Below, piece after piece: positions 40,868-52,534 of a stretch of DNA of 64,000 nt. The stretch covers positions 15,663 to 79,662 of the forward strand of contig JABFGG010000021.1 of the NCBI GenBank assembly GCA_013112575.1, given 5' to 3'. The notes beneath the pieces were generated by a model. The model made no database searches, was not told where the DNA came from, and was given only the letters and a program-made list of their open reading frames with translations. How positions within the stretch are numbered: position 1 is the stretch's first letter; each line of letters starts with the position of its first letter. The DNA is from Chloroflexota bacterium. Its GTDB lineage: Bacteria; Chloroflexota; Anaerolineae; Anaerolineales; UBA11579. The position numbers were made by a program, and so were the translations under genes.

Positions 40868-42008
40868 ATAGAGGCAGAGTGAAAGCGAAAATGGAACCCT
40901 GGTTTAGTTTTGATTGTACTTTAACCTCTGAGCCATGCATCTCTACGATGCGTTTAACCATAGTCAGACCCAACCCCGTCCCGCCATAGCGACGCGTGGA
41001 TGAGCTATCTAATTGGTGAAAAGATTCGAAGATGTCTTCCAATTTCTCATTGGGAATGCCAATACCACTATCCTTGACAAAGAGAGTAACATGCTGACCC
41101 TCACGGCGGGCTTCAAGCTGGACCTTCCCACCATCCTGATTAAATTTGATGGCATTGTCAAGTAATTGTTCGAGGACCCAGGCGATCTTTTCTGCATCAG
41201 CATTGATCACCATGGATTCTTGCGGTGCTTTGTGTCGGAGCTTGATCTGACGTTCGTCTGCGCGGCTTTGGGTCTTGGATAGAGCTACTTCAAGCATTTC
41301 ACGCACGCTCACAGGATGCATGCGTAACGAAGCCTGCCCTTGTGAGAGCATGGAGAATTCCAATAGATTATCGATCAATTTCTGGAGACGTTTATAGGCT
41401 TCCTGGAGGGTAGTAATGGCTTCGTTCTGTTCATTGTTGAGCGGCCCAAAAGCTTCCGCAGCGAAAAGGTCAATGTACCCGATCAAATGAGCCAGGGGGG
41501 TGCGTAGCTCGTGGGAGATGTTGGACACAAAATTGGATTTTAGTTGGTTCAGTTCGGTGAGTTTGTTGAGCGCTTCCTGCAACTCGGCTGTGCGTTCATC
41601 GACCCGGTGTTCCAATTCGGCGTTGCTCTGAGTAAGTGCTGCTTGCAATTGGGCGATCTGGTGGGTTACTGCTTCATCAAGAATTTCTTGCGGGATCAAA
41701 TCCAGCTGCACAAGGGCCTGCCCCAATAAAACTGGGCGTTGTTTCGCTAAACGCGTCTTTTGGTATTCGAGGGCACGGTCCAGATCACCTTGCGTGAGTA
41801 ATTTCTCTTCGATCAGGTAGTCGCCCAGGCGAGGGACCAGAACCTCGGGCGCCACGGGCGCGTCCTCCAGGCTTAACTCTGTGGTTACCAACTCCTGCTC
41901 GGCCAGAACGGCAGCATGGCCCAGGGGCGCCTTGCAATGCAGGCATACCTGGGCTTCGGCATCCGTCTCTAATAGACAATTGGGACAGGTAATCGTTGTT
42001 GCAAGCAT
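40860..42008 (-). CDS. Histidine kinase with N-terminal Zn ribbon and MshEN-like domain
   Basis: CPNC..CLHC; RLGDYLIEEKLLTQGDLDRALEYQ...LLGQALVQL; SHELRTPL; GGTGLGL. Confidence 0.85.
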   Translation of the reverse strand: MLATTITCPNCLLETDAEAQVCLHCKAPLGHAAVLAEQELVTTELSLEDAPVAPEVLVPRLGDYLIEEKLLTQGDLDRALEYQKTRLAKQRPVLLGQALVQLDLIPQEILDEAVTHQIAQLQAALTQSNAELEHRVDERTAELQEALNKLTELNQLKSNFVSNISHELRTPLAHLIGYIDLFAAEAFGPLNNEQNEAITTLQEAYKRLQKLIDNLLEFSMLSQGQASLRMHPVSVREMLEVALSKTQSRADERQIKLRHKAPQESMVINADAEKIAWVLEQLLDNAIKFNQDGGKVQLEARREGQHVTLFVKDSGIGIPNEKLEDIFESFHQLDSSSTRRYGGTGLGLTMVKRIVEMHGSEVKVQSKLNQGSIFAFTLPLYG

Positions 42009-42303
42009 GTAATATGAAGGGCAGACAACCGCAAATCGCGGCCTTCTACCATCTTATGGGAAAATCCTCCACAAATGCGTATGAATTCTTTATATTTTAT
42101 ATAACAATACACCTTTTTGGGGGCTTTTGATTGCTTACTAACAAAAGAGCAAGGCAAACTGCCTTTTTGAAGACAGGTTTTGTACAGGCATATTAAAGAA
42201 AAAGAGTGTGCTTTTCAAGGGGCTGCGGTATAATTAACCTGTGTGTGCCCTTTACGGCGCACACCCTTATTTTTAGCCAATATACCGGTTTTGAAAGGAC
42301 CCT

Positions 42304-44787
42304 ATGGAGATCGGTACAGTTCAAAATGTAGACATCAACGACGAAATGCGGTCGGCTTATCTTGATTACGCTATGAGTGTAATCGTGTCACGTGCTCTGC
42401 CGGACGCACGTGATGGTCTCAAACCCGTTCATCGCCGTATTCTATATGCCATGCAGGATATGGGTATCCGTGCTGGCACTCCTTACAAGAAATCAGCCCG
42501 CATCGTTGGCGAGGTCTTGGGTAAATACCATCCTCATAGTGATACCGCTGTATACGAATCCATGGCCCGCATGGCCCAGGAGTTCTCGCTGCGTTATCCC
42601 CTGGTTGATGGACAGGGCAACTTCGGTTCCATTGGTGGCGATCCCCCGGCCGCCATGCGCTACACAGAAGCACGCATGGGACGTCTGGCCGGCGAAATGC
42701 TGGTGGACATTCAGAAGGATACGGTTGACTTCGCGGAGAATTTTGATGCTTCCCTCGAAGAACCCACCGTTTTACCCAGCCGCATCCCCAATCTGTTGCT
42801 CAACGGTTCCTCCGGCATTGCCGTGGGCATGGCCAGCAACATCCCCCCGCACAATCTCAACGAATTGACTTCGGCCATTTCTTACATGATCGACAACTTC
42901 AGTGACCTGGACAATATCACTGTTGAAGATCTCTTAGAGCACGTTACGGGTCCTGATTTTCCCACAGGTGGCATCATTGTGGGTACAGAGGGCCTGCGCC
43001 AGGTATACAGCTCCGGGCGCGGCAAGATCATTGTTCGCGGCCGTGCGGAGATCGAAGAAGTAAAGGGACGTTTCCGTATTGTTATTAGCGAGATTCCTTA
43101 CCAGCTCAATCTGACTACATTGATTGAGCGTATTGCTGATCTGGTACGCAATGGCCGTTTAGACGGTATCTCTGACCTGCGTGATGAATCAGATCGCAAT
43201 GGTATGTCCATAATTCTTGAATTGAAACGTGGGGCGCAGCCCAATACGGTGCTGAACCGTTTGTACAAATACACGCCTCTGCAGTCGACATTTGCTGCTC
43301 AGGTTTTGGCGCTGGTTGATAACGAGCCGCGCCTGCTCTCCCTCAAACGTGCCTTACAACTCTTCATTGAACACCGGCAGGTAGTCATCACCCGTCGTTC
43401 GCAGTTCGATCTTGACAAAGCCAAAGCGCGTGCCCATATCCTTGAAGGTTTGCTGCTGGCACTGGCTGATATAGACGAGGTCATTAAGACCATTCGCGAA
43501 TCGAGTGATGTCGATCAGGCTAAAGAGCGCTTGATTTCACGCTTCAAACTCAGCGCTATTCAGGCCCAGGCCATTCTCGACATGCAGTTGCGCCGTTTGG
43601 CCGCCCTGGAACGCCAGAAAATCGAAGATGAGCATAAAGAAGTATTGGCCGAAATCGATTATCTCGAAGACCTTTTGGCTAACCCCGAGAAGATTCTGGC
43701 ATTGATCAAGGACGATATGGCTGAGCTGGTCGAGACCTACGGTGATGAGCGTCGTACGTCTATTGACCCGATGGGTTCCAGCGACCTCAATGAAGAAGAC
43801 CTCGTCAAAGATGAAGCCGTGCTCATCAGTATTACGGAGCGCGGATATGTCAAGCGTGTCTCTGCCAAGACATTCCGTGCCCAGGGGCGTGGCGGACGGG
43901 GTGTTAAGGGGCACGAAACCAAAGACGAAGACGAAGTGCTTTTGATGTTGCCGGCGCGTACATTGGATACGGTCTTGTTCTTCTCAGACCGTGGCAAGGT
44001 CTATTCCCAGAAAGCGTACCGCCTGCCGGACGCGGGCCGTACGGCCTCAGGGACACCTATCGTCAATATCCTGGCCTTAGGCCCCACAGAAACCATCACG
44101 GCTGCGGTCACAGTGCCCGACTTCAAAGCCGCCGACTTCTGTACGATGGCGACGCGTACAGGCCGCATCAAGCGTGTATCGCTAGCTGAATTCGAGTCAG
44201 TACGACCTTCGGGCCTGATTGCTATTAATCTGGCTGAAGATGATGAGTTAGGCTGGGTGCGTCTGACCAACGGCGAGAACGAGATCGTTTTCGTGACAGA
44301 GAAAGGCCAGGCCTTGCGTTATTCTGAACAACAGGTACGCTCAATGGGGCGCACGGCTGCCGGTGTTATTGGTATCCGCATCAAAGGTGACGACCGTGTA
44401 GCCAGCATGGAAGTGGTTGAACCCGGTGGCGATTTGTTAGTGGTCAGCACCAGGGGGATTGGAAAACGCTCCCCGCTAGAGGAATATACACCTAAGGGAC
44501 GTGGCACGATGGGTGTCAAGACCACTGACCACAAAGCCCTGGATACCATCGGGCGCATTGCCTCTGCACGCGTTGTGCAGGAAGCTGATGACCTGACTAT
44601 CATTTCTTCGCATGGTGTCGTCATTCGTACGAAAGTCAAAGACATCAAACGTGCCGGGCGTGCTACACGCGGGGTGCATATCATGAATCTAGATGAAGGC
44701 GATACAGTGGCAACGCTGGCGCGTATGGCTGCGGCTGACCTGAAGCAGGTAGGCGCCTCCACCCAGGATAATGGAGCCAGCGAATAA
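42304..44787 (+). CDS. gyrA: DNA gyrase subunit A
   Basis: [19 protein letters not shown], GyrA box QGRGGRG. Confidence 0.96.
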   Translation: MEIGTVQNVDINDEMRSAYLDYAMSVIVSRALPDARDGLKPVHRRILYAMQDMGIRAGTPYKKSARIVGEVLGKYHPHSDTAVYESMARMAQEFSLRYPLVDGQGNFGSIGGDPPAAMRYTEARMGRLAGEMLVDIQKDTVDFAENFDASLEEPTVLPSRIPNLLLNGSSGIAVGMASNIPPHNLNELTSAISYMIDNFSDLDNITVEDLLEHVTGPDFPTGGIIVGTEGLRQVYSSGRGKIIVRGRAEIEEVKGRFRIVISEIPYQLNLTTLIERIADLVRNGRLDGISDLRDESDRNGMSIILELKRGAQPNTVLNRLYKYTPLQSTFAAQVLALVDNEPRLLSLKRALQLFIEHRQVVITRRSQFDLDKAKARAHILEGLLLALADIDEVIKTIRESSDVDQAKERLISRFKLSAIQAQAILDMQLRRLAALERQKIEDEHKEVLAEIDYLEDLLANPEKILALIKDDMAELVETYGDERRTSIDPMGSSDLNEEDLVKDEAVLISITERGYVKRVSAKTFRAQGRGGRGVKGHETKDEDEVLLMLPARTLDTVLFFSDRGKVYSQKAYRLPDAGRTASGTPIVNILALGPTETITAAVTVPDFKAADFCTMATRTGRIKRVSLAEFESVRPSGLIAINLAEDDELGWVRLTNGENEIVFVTEKGQALRYSEQQVRSMGRTAAGVIGIRIKGDDRVASMEVVEPGGDLLVVSTRGIGKRSPLEEYTPKGRGTMGVKTTDHKALDTIGRIASARVVQEADDLTIISSHGVVIRTKVKDIKRAGRATRGVHIMNLDEGDTVATLARMAAADLKQVGASTQDNGASE

Positions 44788-44803
44788 ATTAACCCAAGAA
44801 TCG

Positions 44804-44836
44804 AAAGACCCCATGACAACCCACGGGGTCTTTTTT
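44804..44836. terminator. Intrinsic terminator
   Basis: aaagacccc...ggggtctttttt. Confidence 0.75.
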
Positions 44837-44854
44837 ATTTAATGATTGTTTGAA

Positions 44855-45094
44855 TCAAAAAGGCAAACTGATCCTGTTAAATATCACCAGGCACATGGTG
44901 CTAGCGATGCAGGCCCAAAAGAAGAAGAGCAAAGAAAGTATCGCCCGTTGACGGGGCGTCATCCCCAGGAAATTTCCCCGCGATCGCGATGAAGATGCCG
45001 CGGAGGAACTGCTCTGACTTTCATCAAAGCCTTCTTCTTCCAGTTCATCCAGGAAGTTTGTAGAGTCGCCGTCGTCTAAAAAATCATCGAGCAT
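44855..45094 (-). CDS. Small membrane protein (acidic N-terminus, FLGMTP.QR motif, one TM)
   Basis: gaggag RBS; hydrophobic C-terminus. Confidence 0.7.
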   Translation of the reverse strand: MLDDFLDDGDSTNFLDELEEEGFDESQSSSSAASSSRSRGNFLGMTPRQRAILSLLFFFWACIASTMCLVIFNRISLPF

Positions 45095-45127
45095 GTAGTA
45101 CTCCTCGCCGCAATGCTTTAGTTTAGC

Positions 45128-45928
45128 TTAATTCGCCTGACTGTCAACGCGAGGGCGCAGGTGGATTTCGCTGGCCTCGAAGCTTTTTTCTTCGCTTGTT
45201 GACAGCCTCAGCCGGAGATAACCATGTTCATCGAGACCGATGAGTTGGCCGGAAATAGCTTTTATGCTTTCGCCGGTTGACCTGATTTCCACATCTTCGC
45301 CTTTATAGGCCAGGTGGTTTTCCCAGGCATTGATAAAGCCTGAGGTTTTCAGTTTTGGCCACCAATCTAATAATCTCGCCAATACCTCACGGATTAATGT
45401 TTCGCGTTGCACTTTGTGCCCGAGTATCTCTTCGACAGACGTTGCCGGAAAGTTCAGGCTCTCGGCAGGCGGCACAGATTGGGTTGCAACATTGATGCCC
45501 ATTCCAATTAAGACGTGTTCAAGCTCGTCACCACGCCAATGGGCTTCGGCCAGAACCCCGCACGCCTTTTTCCCAGCTAACAGCACATCATTGGGCCATT
45601 TGATCTGCGCAGCTGATTGATACCCCAGCAGAGCTTTGCACACCGCTAGTGCACCCAAACCGGTGATCTTGGGGATATCGGTGGCCGAAATGCGATTTGT
45701 GGGCAGTAACAGACTCATGGCTATCGCAGCCCCGGGTGGCGTATGCCAGCTACGCCCGGAGCGTCCGCGACCTTTAGTTTGCTCGTCGGCCACCACCAGG
45801 CTGAAGGGCTGTGCCCCACCTTGCGCCTGTTTGGTCACTTCATCATTGGTAGAACCCACCGTCGGTAGATAAAGGATGTCATTGATAGGGAGGTCTTGCA
45901 GGGCTTGGGCCAGGGAGTTTTGATCCAT
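45128..45928 (-). CDS. birA: Biotin-protein ligase (no HTH)
   Basis: [25 protein letters not shown]. Confidence 0.92.
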   Translation of the reverse strand: MDQNSLAQALQDLPINDILYLPTVGSTNDEVTKQAQGGAQPFSLVVADEQTKGRGRSGRSWHTPPGAAIAMSLLLPTNRISATDIPKITGLGALAVCKALLGYQSAAQIKWPNDVLLAGKKACGVLAEAHWRGDELEHVLIGMGINVATQSVPPAESLNFPATSVEEILGHKVQRETLIREVLARLLDWWPKLKTSGFINAWENHLAYKGEDVEIRSTGESIKAISGQLIGLDEHGYLRLRLSTSEEKSFEASEIHLRPRVDSQAN

Positions 45929-46143
45929 ACCTGGATTCTACTCGGCTAACCCCGCTTTTGAACACACTGGGATTTGGCTTATTGTTTGACTCATCTGGAC
46001 GGCATATGGCCCCTATGATATACTCCCGCCCGGCCTGCTACAGGCCAAAATCTCACACGCAGCCCGACTCAAACAGGTGTGCTGGTCAACCCAGTCCTGC
46101 TAGAGAAAGAAGGCTGCGGAGGAAAAAAACAAGGAGTTACCCT

Positions 46144-47211
46144 ATGGCCGACATTACCATGAAGGCCCTGTTGGAAAGCGGCGTCCACTTTGGTCATCGA
46201 ACCCATCGTTGGAACCCACACATGAGGCCGTACATCTTTACGGAACGTAACGGCATTCACATCATTGACCTCCAACAGACCGTCAAATATCTCGATGATG
46301 CATATAAATTAGTGCGTGACCTGGTCGCTGATGGCGGCACCATGTTATTCGTGGGCACCAAACGCCAGGCGCAAGAAACCATTGAGACCGAAGCCCAACG
46401 GGCTGGTATGCCGTACGTCACAGTACGCTGGCTGGGCGGCATGCTCACCAACTGGAAAACCATGCGCGAACGCATCCAGGAATTGGATCGTCTTGAGCGC
46501 ATGCGTGAGCGCGGCGACTTTGACCGCCTCACTAAAAAAGAAGGCTTGATGTTGAGCCGCAAGATCGAGAAGCTGGAAACACGCTTTGGCGGTATTCGCC
46601 ACATGCACAAGCTCCCCGACTTGATCTTCGTGGTGGACGTACGCCGCGAGGAGACCGCTGTCAAAGAGGCTAACGTCCTCGACATTCCTTTGCTGGCCCT
46701 GGTCGACACCAATTGTGATCCACGCGATATCGACCACGTCATACCTTCCAACGACGATGCCATTCGCGCCATCAAATTGATGGTCACCCATATGGCGGAT
46801 GCTGTTGAAGAAGGCCGCGCTATGCGCAAGGACGACTCCGAAGCTGCACCAGTCGCTGATTCTGTCCCCACTCAGGCCGATGTAGAAGGTGGTGAGATGG
46901 AAGAAGATCCCCTCACCGATGAAGAACTGTTGGGTACAGCTACTCTGGCAAAGATGGCTGAAGCAGCCGAGGCCGAAGAAGCCGCTGCCGCCGAGAAAGC
47001 TGCTGAAGAAGCCGCCGCAGCAGAAGAAGTTGCTGCCTCTGAAGAAGGGGCAGAGGGCACTGAAGAGACAGCAGAGGGCGAAGAAGTTGCAGAAAGTGAA
47101 GCAACTGAAGCAACCGAAGCTGCGGCTGAAGAGGCCGAGGCTCCTTCTGAAGAAGCAAGTGCAGATGAAGAAAAAAGTGAAGAAGAAGTAAAAGCGGGCG
47201 AGGAAGAATAG
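46144..47211 (+). CDS. rpsB: 30S ribosomal protein S2 with acidic tail
   Basis: [23 protein letters not shown]. Confidence 0.97.
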   Translation: MADITMKALLESGVHFGHRTHRWNPHMRPYIFTERNGIHIIDLQQTVKYLDDAYKLVRDLVADGGTMLFVGTKRQAQETIETEAQRAGMPYVTVRWLGGMLTNWKTMRERIQELDRLERMRERGDFDRLTKKEGLMLSRKIEKLETRFGGIRHMHKLPDLIFVVDVRREETAVKEANVLDIPLLALVDTNCDPRDIDHVIPSNDDAIRAIKLMVTHMADAVEEGRAMRKDDSEAAPVADSVPTQADVEGGEMEEDPLTDEELLGTATLAKMAEAAEAEEAAAAEKAAEEAAAAEEVAASEEGAEGTEETAEGEEVAESEATEATEAAAEEAEAPSEEASADEEKSEEEVKAGEEE

Positions 47212-47214
47212 AAC

Positions 47215-47838
47215 ATGGCCATCACCACAGAACAGATCAAAGAACTGCGTAAAGCCACAGGCGCAGGCATTATGGACTGTCGCGAAGCCCTGGAAGATGC
47301 GGGTGGCGACTTTGACAAAGCTGTAGATTACTTACGCCAGAAGGGCCTTTCCAAAGCTGCCAAACGCGCCGGGCGCGAGGCTTCTGAAGGTGTCGTTGAA
47401 CTCTACTCGCATGGCAATGGACGCGTGGGTGTTATGGTTGAAGTCAATTGCGAGACCGATTTTGTGGCCCGCTCGGACTCGTTCCGAGAATTTGCTCACG
47501 AGATCGCCTTGCAGATCGCGGCCAATTCACCCGAGTTCGTCAGCGACGAGGATGTTCCGGAAGAAGTGCTGGAGCGTGAACGTCAGGTTGCTCGCAAGAG
47601 CGCGGAAGAAGAAGGCAAACCCGCCGATGTTATCGAGCGCATCGTTGACGGGCGTATCGACAAATATCGCCAGGAAGTGGTGCTGCTGCGCCAGGCTTAC
47701 ATCCGTGACGAAGACACCACTATTCAAGACCTGCTGAATGAAAAGGTCGGTAGTATTGGTGAAAACATCCTCGTGCGGCGCTTCGAGCGCTGGGAACTCG
47801 GCGAACGCGTCGAGTCGGATGATGAGGAAGAAGAATAG
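47215..47838 (+). CDS. tsf: Elongation factor Ts (short form)
   Basis: LRKATGAGIMDC, NCETDFVA. Confidence 0.97.
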   Translation: MAITTEQIKELRKATGAGIMDCREALEDAGGDFDKAVDYLRQKGLSKAAKRAGREASEGVVELYSHGNGRVGVMVEVNCETDFVARSDSFREFAHEIALQIAANSPEFVSDEDVPEEVLERERQVARKSAEEEGKPADVIERIVDGRIDKYRQEVVLLRQAYIRDEDTTIQDLLNEKVGSIGENILVRRFERWELGERVESDDEEEE

Positions 47839-47844
47839 TTTTTC

Positions 47845-47872
47845 AAGGCCAACCCCAGGGTTGGCCTTTTTT
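47845..47872 (+). terminator. Intrinsic terminator
   Basis: aaggccaacc-cca-gggttggcctttttt. Confidence 0.75.
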
Positions 47873-47885
47873 CTAGCATGAGTAA

Positions 47886-48638
<753 letters not shown>

Positions 48639-48812
48639 GGTAGGTAAGCCAGACACTCAGGTGCTTTTGTTTCAGTGATAAAATACCTAAACTATCAAAT
48701 ATCGTCTTTTAATACCGTTGACTTTGTGATTGAGAGCTTTTCGAGTATGCTTAAATAGCTGTTCGCACAGTGATTTTGTGCGCGCAGTCAATGCTTTTTG
48801 AGGAGAAATGCA

Positions 48813-49370
48813 GTGATAAATGATGCGCTCAAAGATGCAGAAGGCCGCATGAAAGCTTCCATTCAAGCTTTAGAAAATGACCTTTCGGCTATTCGTACAG
48901 GTCGTGCCAGCCCAGCCTTAGTTGAAAACTTGCCCGTGGAATACTACGGTACGCCTACGCCCTTGTTGCAGTTGGCTACCATCAGTGTACCGGAGCCGCG
49001 CTCCTTGCTCATCAAACCCTATGATGCCTCCAGCCTCAAGGATGTTGAGCGCGCTATTCAGGTTTCGGACCTGGGCCTGACGCCCAATAACGACGGCAAG
49101 AGTATCCGGCTGAATCTGCCCCCGCTGACAGAAGAACGCCGCAAGGATTTAGCCAAGGTCGTGCAGTCCCGTCTGGAAGAAGCACGCGTTTCTGTACGAA
49201 ATGTACGTCGCGATACCATCAAAGAAATGCGCGAATATGAAGATGAGAAATTGATCTCTGAGGATGATATGAAGCGTGGTGAGGATGATACGCAAAAGCT
49301 CACCGACCGTATGGTAGAAGAGATCAATGAGATTGGCGAGCGCAAAGAGAAAGAGATCATGGAGGTCTGA
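48813..49370 (+). CDS. frr: Ribosome recycling factor
   Basis: IRTGRA, PPLTEERR. Confidence 0.97.
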   Translation: MINDALKDAEGRMKASIQALENDLSAIRTGRASPALVENLPVEYYGTPTPLLQLATISVPEPRSLLIKPYDASSLKDVERAIQVSDLGLTPNNDGKSIRLNLPPLTEERRKDLAKVVQSRLEEARVSVRNVRRDTIKEMREYEDEKLISEDDMKRGEDDTQKLTDRMVEEINEIGERKEKEIMEV

Positions 49371-49383
49371 GCCTCCATTTCCA

Positions 49384-50115
49384 ATGAGCAATAACACTAA
49401 GCTAGACCTCCCTGAGATCGTGCCGCAGCACATCGCCATTATTATGGATGGCAATGGCCGCTGGGCGCGACGGCGCGGCTTGCCGCGTCTGGCAGGACAT
49501 CGTGCCGGGACGGAGAACTTGCGCCGTGTTATTGAAGCCTGTGTGGAATTTGGTGTTAAATATCTGACGATCTACGCTTTTTCTACAGAGAACTGGACAC
49601 GTCCACGCGACGAGGTCAGTGGTCTGATGCGTATTTTCGATGACGTATTTGACCGTGAGTTGGCCGAGTTGGACCGGCAGGGGGCTCAGTTGCGTCACAT
49701 TGGTCGCCTGGATGGCCTCAACGATTCTTTGCGCGAGAAAGTGCGCAATGGCATTGCCATGACAAAAGACAATGATCGCCTGGTGCTCAATGTGGCTTTC
49801 AATTACGGCTCTCGTGATGAGATCGTGCACGCAATTCAGGAAATGATCAAAGATGGCCTTGATTCTGAAGAGGTTGATGAGGATCTGGTTTCCAGCTATC
49901 TCTTCACTGCACAGTCGCCCGACCCGGATCTCGTTATCCGCACCTCGGGGGAGCAGCGCACCAGCAATTTTTTGCTGTGGCAATCGGCTTATTCAGAATG
50001 GATTTTCCCGGACGTCTACTGGCCTGACTTTGGTCGAGATGAATTGCTGGCAGCCATCCAGGAATTTGGCAGCCGCGAACGCCGGTATGGTGGTTTAGTA
50101 CCGCAACAAACCTGA
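49384..50115 (+). CDS. uppS: Isoprenyl transferase (undecaprenyl diphosphate synthase)
   Basis: IMDGNGRW, FSTENW, RTSGEQRTSNFLLWQ. Confidence 0.96.
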   Translation: MSNNTKLDLPEIVPQHIAIIMDGNGRWARRRGLPRLAGHRAGTENLRRVIEACVEFGVKYLTIYAFSTENWTRPRDEVSGLMRIFDDVFDRELAELDRQGAQLRHIGRLDGLNDSLREKVRNGIAMTKDNDRLVLNVAFNYGSRDEIVHAIQEMIKDGLDSEEVDEDLVSSYLFTAQSPDPDLVIRTSGEQRTSNFLLWQSAYSEWIFPDVYWPDFGRDELLAAIQEFGSRERRYGGLVPQQT

Positions 50116-50131
50116 GATAAAATACACATCT

Positions 50132-50941
50132 ATGCTGCTGCAACGCTTGCTGGTCTCACTTGTGATGCTGCCGGTCAGTTTGATCGTGGTCCTATACGGT
50201 GGCTGGCTGTATGCAGTTGTACTTGCTGTTTTTTTTGCCATAGCAGCTTCCGAATACACAACGTTAATGAAAGCCGGTGGGCATAGGCCCGCCGGTTTTA
50301 TCGTTATAAGTGCAGTATTGCTATTTATCCTGGCAAGACAATGGGATGAAAATAGCTGGTGGCTGCTGCCACTGGCCATTATGGTCACCATGATCTACCA
50401 CGTATGGGCTTATGATCGCGGTCGTGATGAGGCGGGTACAGATTTCATAACCAGTATTGCCGGTATTTTTTATATTGCTGTGTTGGCCTCGTATTACATT
50501 GTTTTGCGTGCTTTACCCAATGGCATGTGGTGGGTGCTGCTAACCCTGCCTGCCATCATGTTTGCGGATAGCGGAGCCTATCTCATAGGGTCCCGTTTTG
50601 GCCGCCACAAACTCACCCGCCGCGTCAGCCCCAAGAAATCCTGGGAAGGCTACATTGGTGGCATCCTTTCCTCCGCCATCGGTACGCCTTTGTTAGCCCT
50701 GGTCTATTACCAATTTGGTATGGATGCTCAGATTACCTGGTGGCACGCCGCGCTGCTTGGCTTAGTGTTAGGTGTCCTAACCTTGTTTGGAGACCTGGGT
50801 GTGAGTATGCTCAAGCGCCAGGTGGGGGTTAAGGACACAGGCAATGTCCTTCCCGGGCACGGCGGCATCTTTGATCGTACTGACTCCTGGCTATGGGGTG
50901 CGCCCCTGGCCTATTTTTTGATAATTTGGTTCTTTCAATGA
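50132..50941 (+). CDS. cdsA: Phosphatidate cytidylyltransferase
   Basis: SPKKSWEG, KDTG..LPGHGGIFDR.D. Confidence 0.95.
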   Translation: MLLQRLLVSLVMLPVSLIVVLYGGWLYAVVLAVFFAIAASEYTTLMKAGGHRPAGFIVISAVLLFILARQWDENSWWLLPLAIMVTMIYHVWAYDRGRDEAGTDFITSIAGIFYIAVLASYYIVLRALPNGMWWVLLTLPAIMFADSGAYLIGSRFGRHKLTRRVSPKKSWEGYIGGILSSAIGTPLLALVYYQFGMDAQITWWHAALLGLVLGVLTLFGDLGVSMLKRQVGVKDTGNVLPGHGGIFDRTDSWLWGAPLAYFLIIWFFQ

Positions 50942-50971
50942 GACGAAATTTTGCCAGAGGAGGCAATATTT

Positions 50972-51958
50972 ATGAATGACCTGGAACCCACACGCAACCT
51001 GGCCATGGAGTTCGGGCGTGTAACAGAAGCTGCTGCTTTATTAGCCGCGCGTTATATGGGGCGCGCCGCCAAAGAAGATGCCGATCAGGCTGCAGTGGAT
51101 GGCATGCGCTTGATCCTTAACAGCGTGGTCATGGAAGCAACTGTGGTGATCGGGGAGGGGGAAAAAGATGAAGCTCCTATGTTGTACAACGGGGAAGTTT
51201 TGGGGACAGGTGCAGGCCCACAGATGGACCTGGCTGTTGATCCTATTGATGGCACTCGCCCTCTGGCGCAGGGGCGCCCTAACTCGATCGCGACAGTGGC
51301 CGCGGCCCCGCGTGGCACCATGTACGATCCTGGCCCCTTTGTTTACATGGACAAGATCGCCGTAGGCCCGGCTTGTAAAGGGGTCATCGATATCGAAAAA
51401 CCGGTAGAGGATAACCTTACGGCGATTGCCAAGGCCCTTGATAAACGTCCCAGTGACGTAACTGTCGTTATCCTGGATCGCCCACGGCATGACGAACTAT
51501 TTACCGAAGTGCGCCGTTGTGGAGCCCGTATCCGCATGATCGATGATGGTGACGTGGCGGGTGCATTGATGACGGCCTGGCCGGATTCGGGTATCGATGT
51601 GCTCATGGGCATTGGCGGTACACCGGAGGGTGTCATCGCCGCCTGTGCTTTACGTGCCATGGGTGGCGAGATCCAGGGCAAGCTGTATGCCCGCAACGAA
51701 GAAGAACTCAAGCGGGGACGTGAGCTGGGCTTCGATTTTGATTCGATCATCACCATGGACAGCTTGGTTTCCTCCAACGACGTATTTTTCGCAGCCACCG
51801 GCATTACGGACGGCGAGTTGCTGGACGGCGTCAAGTATATTTCCAATGGCGCTCGTACGGAAACCATAGTGGTGCGCGGCATCACAGGCACTGTCAGGCG
51901 TATTAATGCCACACATAGCTTTGATAAGCTCGATATGATCAGTTCGTTGCACTATTGA
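50972..51958 (+). CDS. glpX: Class II fructose-1,6-bisphosphatase
   Basis: IGEGEKDEAPML, DPIDGT, DGDV, GGTPEGV. Confidence 0.95.
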   Translation: MNDLEPTRNLAMEFGRVTEAAALLAARYMGRAAKEDADQAAVDGMRLILNSVVMEATVVIGEGEKDEAPMLYNGEVLGTGAGPQMDLAVDPIDGTRPLAQGRPNSIATVAAAPRGTMYDPGPFVYMDKIAVGPACKGVIDIEKPVEDNLTAIAKALDKRPSDVTVVILDRPRHDELFTEVRRCGARIRMIDDGDVAGALMTAWPDSGIDVLMGIGGTPEGVIAACALRAMGGEIQGKLYARNEEELKRGRELGFDFDSIITMDSLVSSNDVFFAATGITDGELLDGVKYISNGARTETIVVRGITGTVRRINATHSFDKLDMISSLHY

Positions 51959-51977
51959 TATATTGACTGACTACAAA

Positions 51978-52009
51978 GCAAAAGGGACGAGCACGCTCGT
52001 CCCTTTTGC
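51978..52009. terminator. Bidirectional terminator
   Basis: gcaaaagggacgagc-ac-gctcgtcccttttgc. Confidence 0.8.
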
Positions 52010-52033
52010 CTTTAACTAAGTTTTGCCCCTTTG

Positions 52034-52534
52034 TTATTCTTCCATCTCTTCAAAAAGGTTCAGCCCTTCTTCAGGTACGTGGTCCAGGCCCCAATCCAGC
52101 CATTCAGGGATCTCGGCTTCGTTGACTCGGTCCATGATCGGGAAATAACCTTTGATATCCAGGATGGGGGAGCCTTCAAAGCCATCGATCATATTTACAT
52201 GGATGATGCCCTTCTCGTGATCAACAGCTTCGATCTTGCACGGCGTGCTGAGGATGGGGTTGGGACGTATTTGGGAGCGGGTTGCGAAGATGCCGGTCAT
52301 CTTGCCCGGTGCGTAGGGCGGTTCGACCTGCAGGTCAATGGCCTCTCTGGCTTCGATGCCGCCATGCTCGTGTGCCCAGAAGAGCACGGTCATGTGGCTG
52401 AATTGGTCGAGCACCTTGAGGGCCGGCCGAAATTGCGGCAGGACCTCAAGGTGAATATCGCCCTCGTCCCGGTGGATATACCCGATGGGGTAGACTTGAA
52501 ATGCCTCCAGGCCGCTAAACAATTTGTCGTTCAT
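52034..52534 (-). CDS. TrmO/TsaA-like SAM-binding protein
   Basis: PIG, GIFATRS..RPNPI, GSPILDIK. Confidence 0.85.
   Translation of the reverse strand: MNDKLFSGLEAFQVYPIGYIHRDEGDIHLEVLPQFRPALKVLDQFSHMTVLFWAHEHGGIEAREAIDLQVEPPYAPGKMTGIFATRSQIRPNPILSTPCKIEAVDHEKGIIHVNMIDGFEGSPILDIKGYFPIMDRVNEAEIPEWLDWGLDHVPEEGLNLFEEMEE

Noticed and set aside
45958-46143. N-terminal extension of RpsB
   Set aside because: RBS and family homology begin at ATG 46144; the upstream part is promoter/leader.
46861-47211. Repeat array or CRISPR-like periodicity
   Set aside because: It is the codon pattern of the Glu/Ala-rich S2 tail. No CRISPR repeat-spacer array was seen anywhere in the window.
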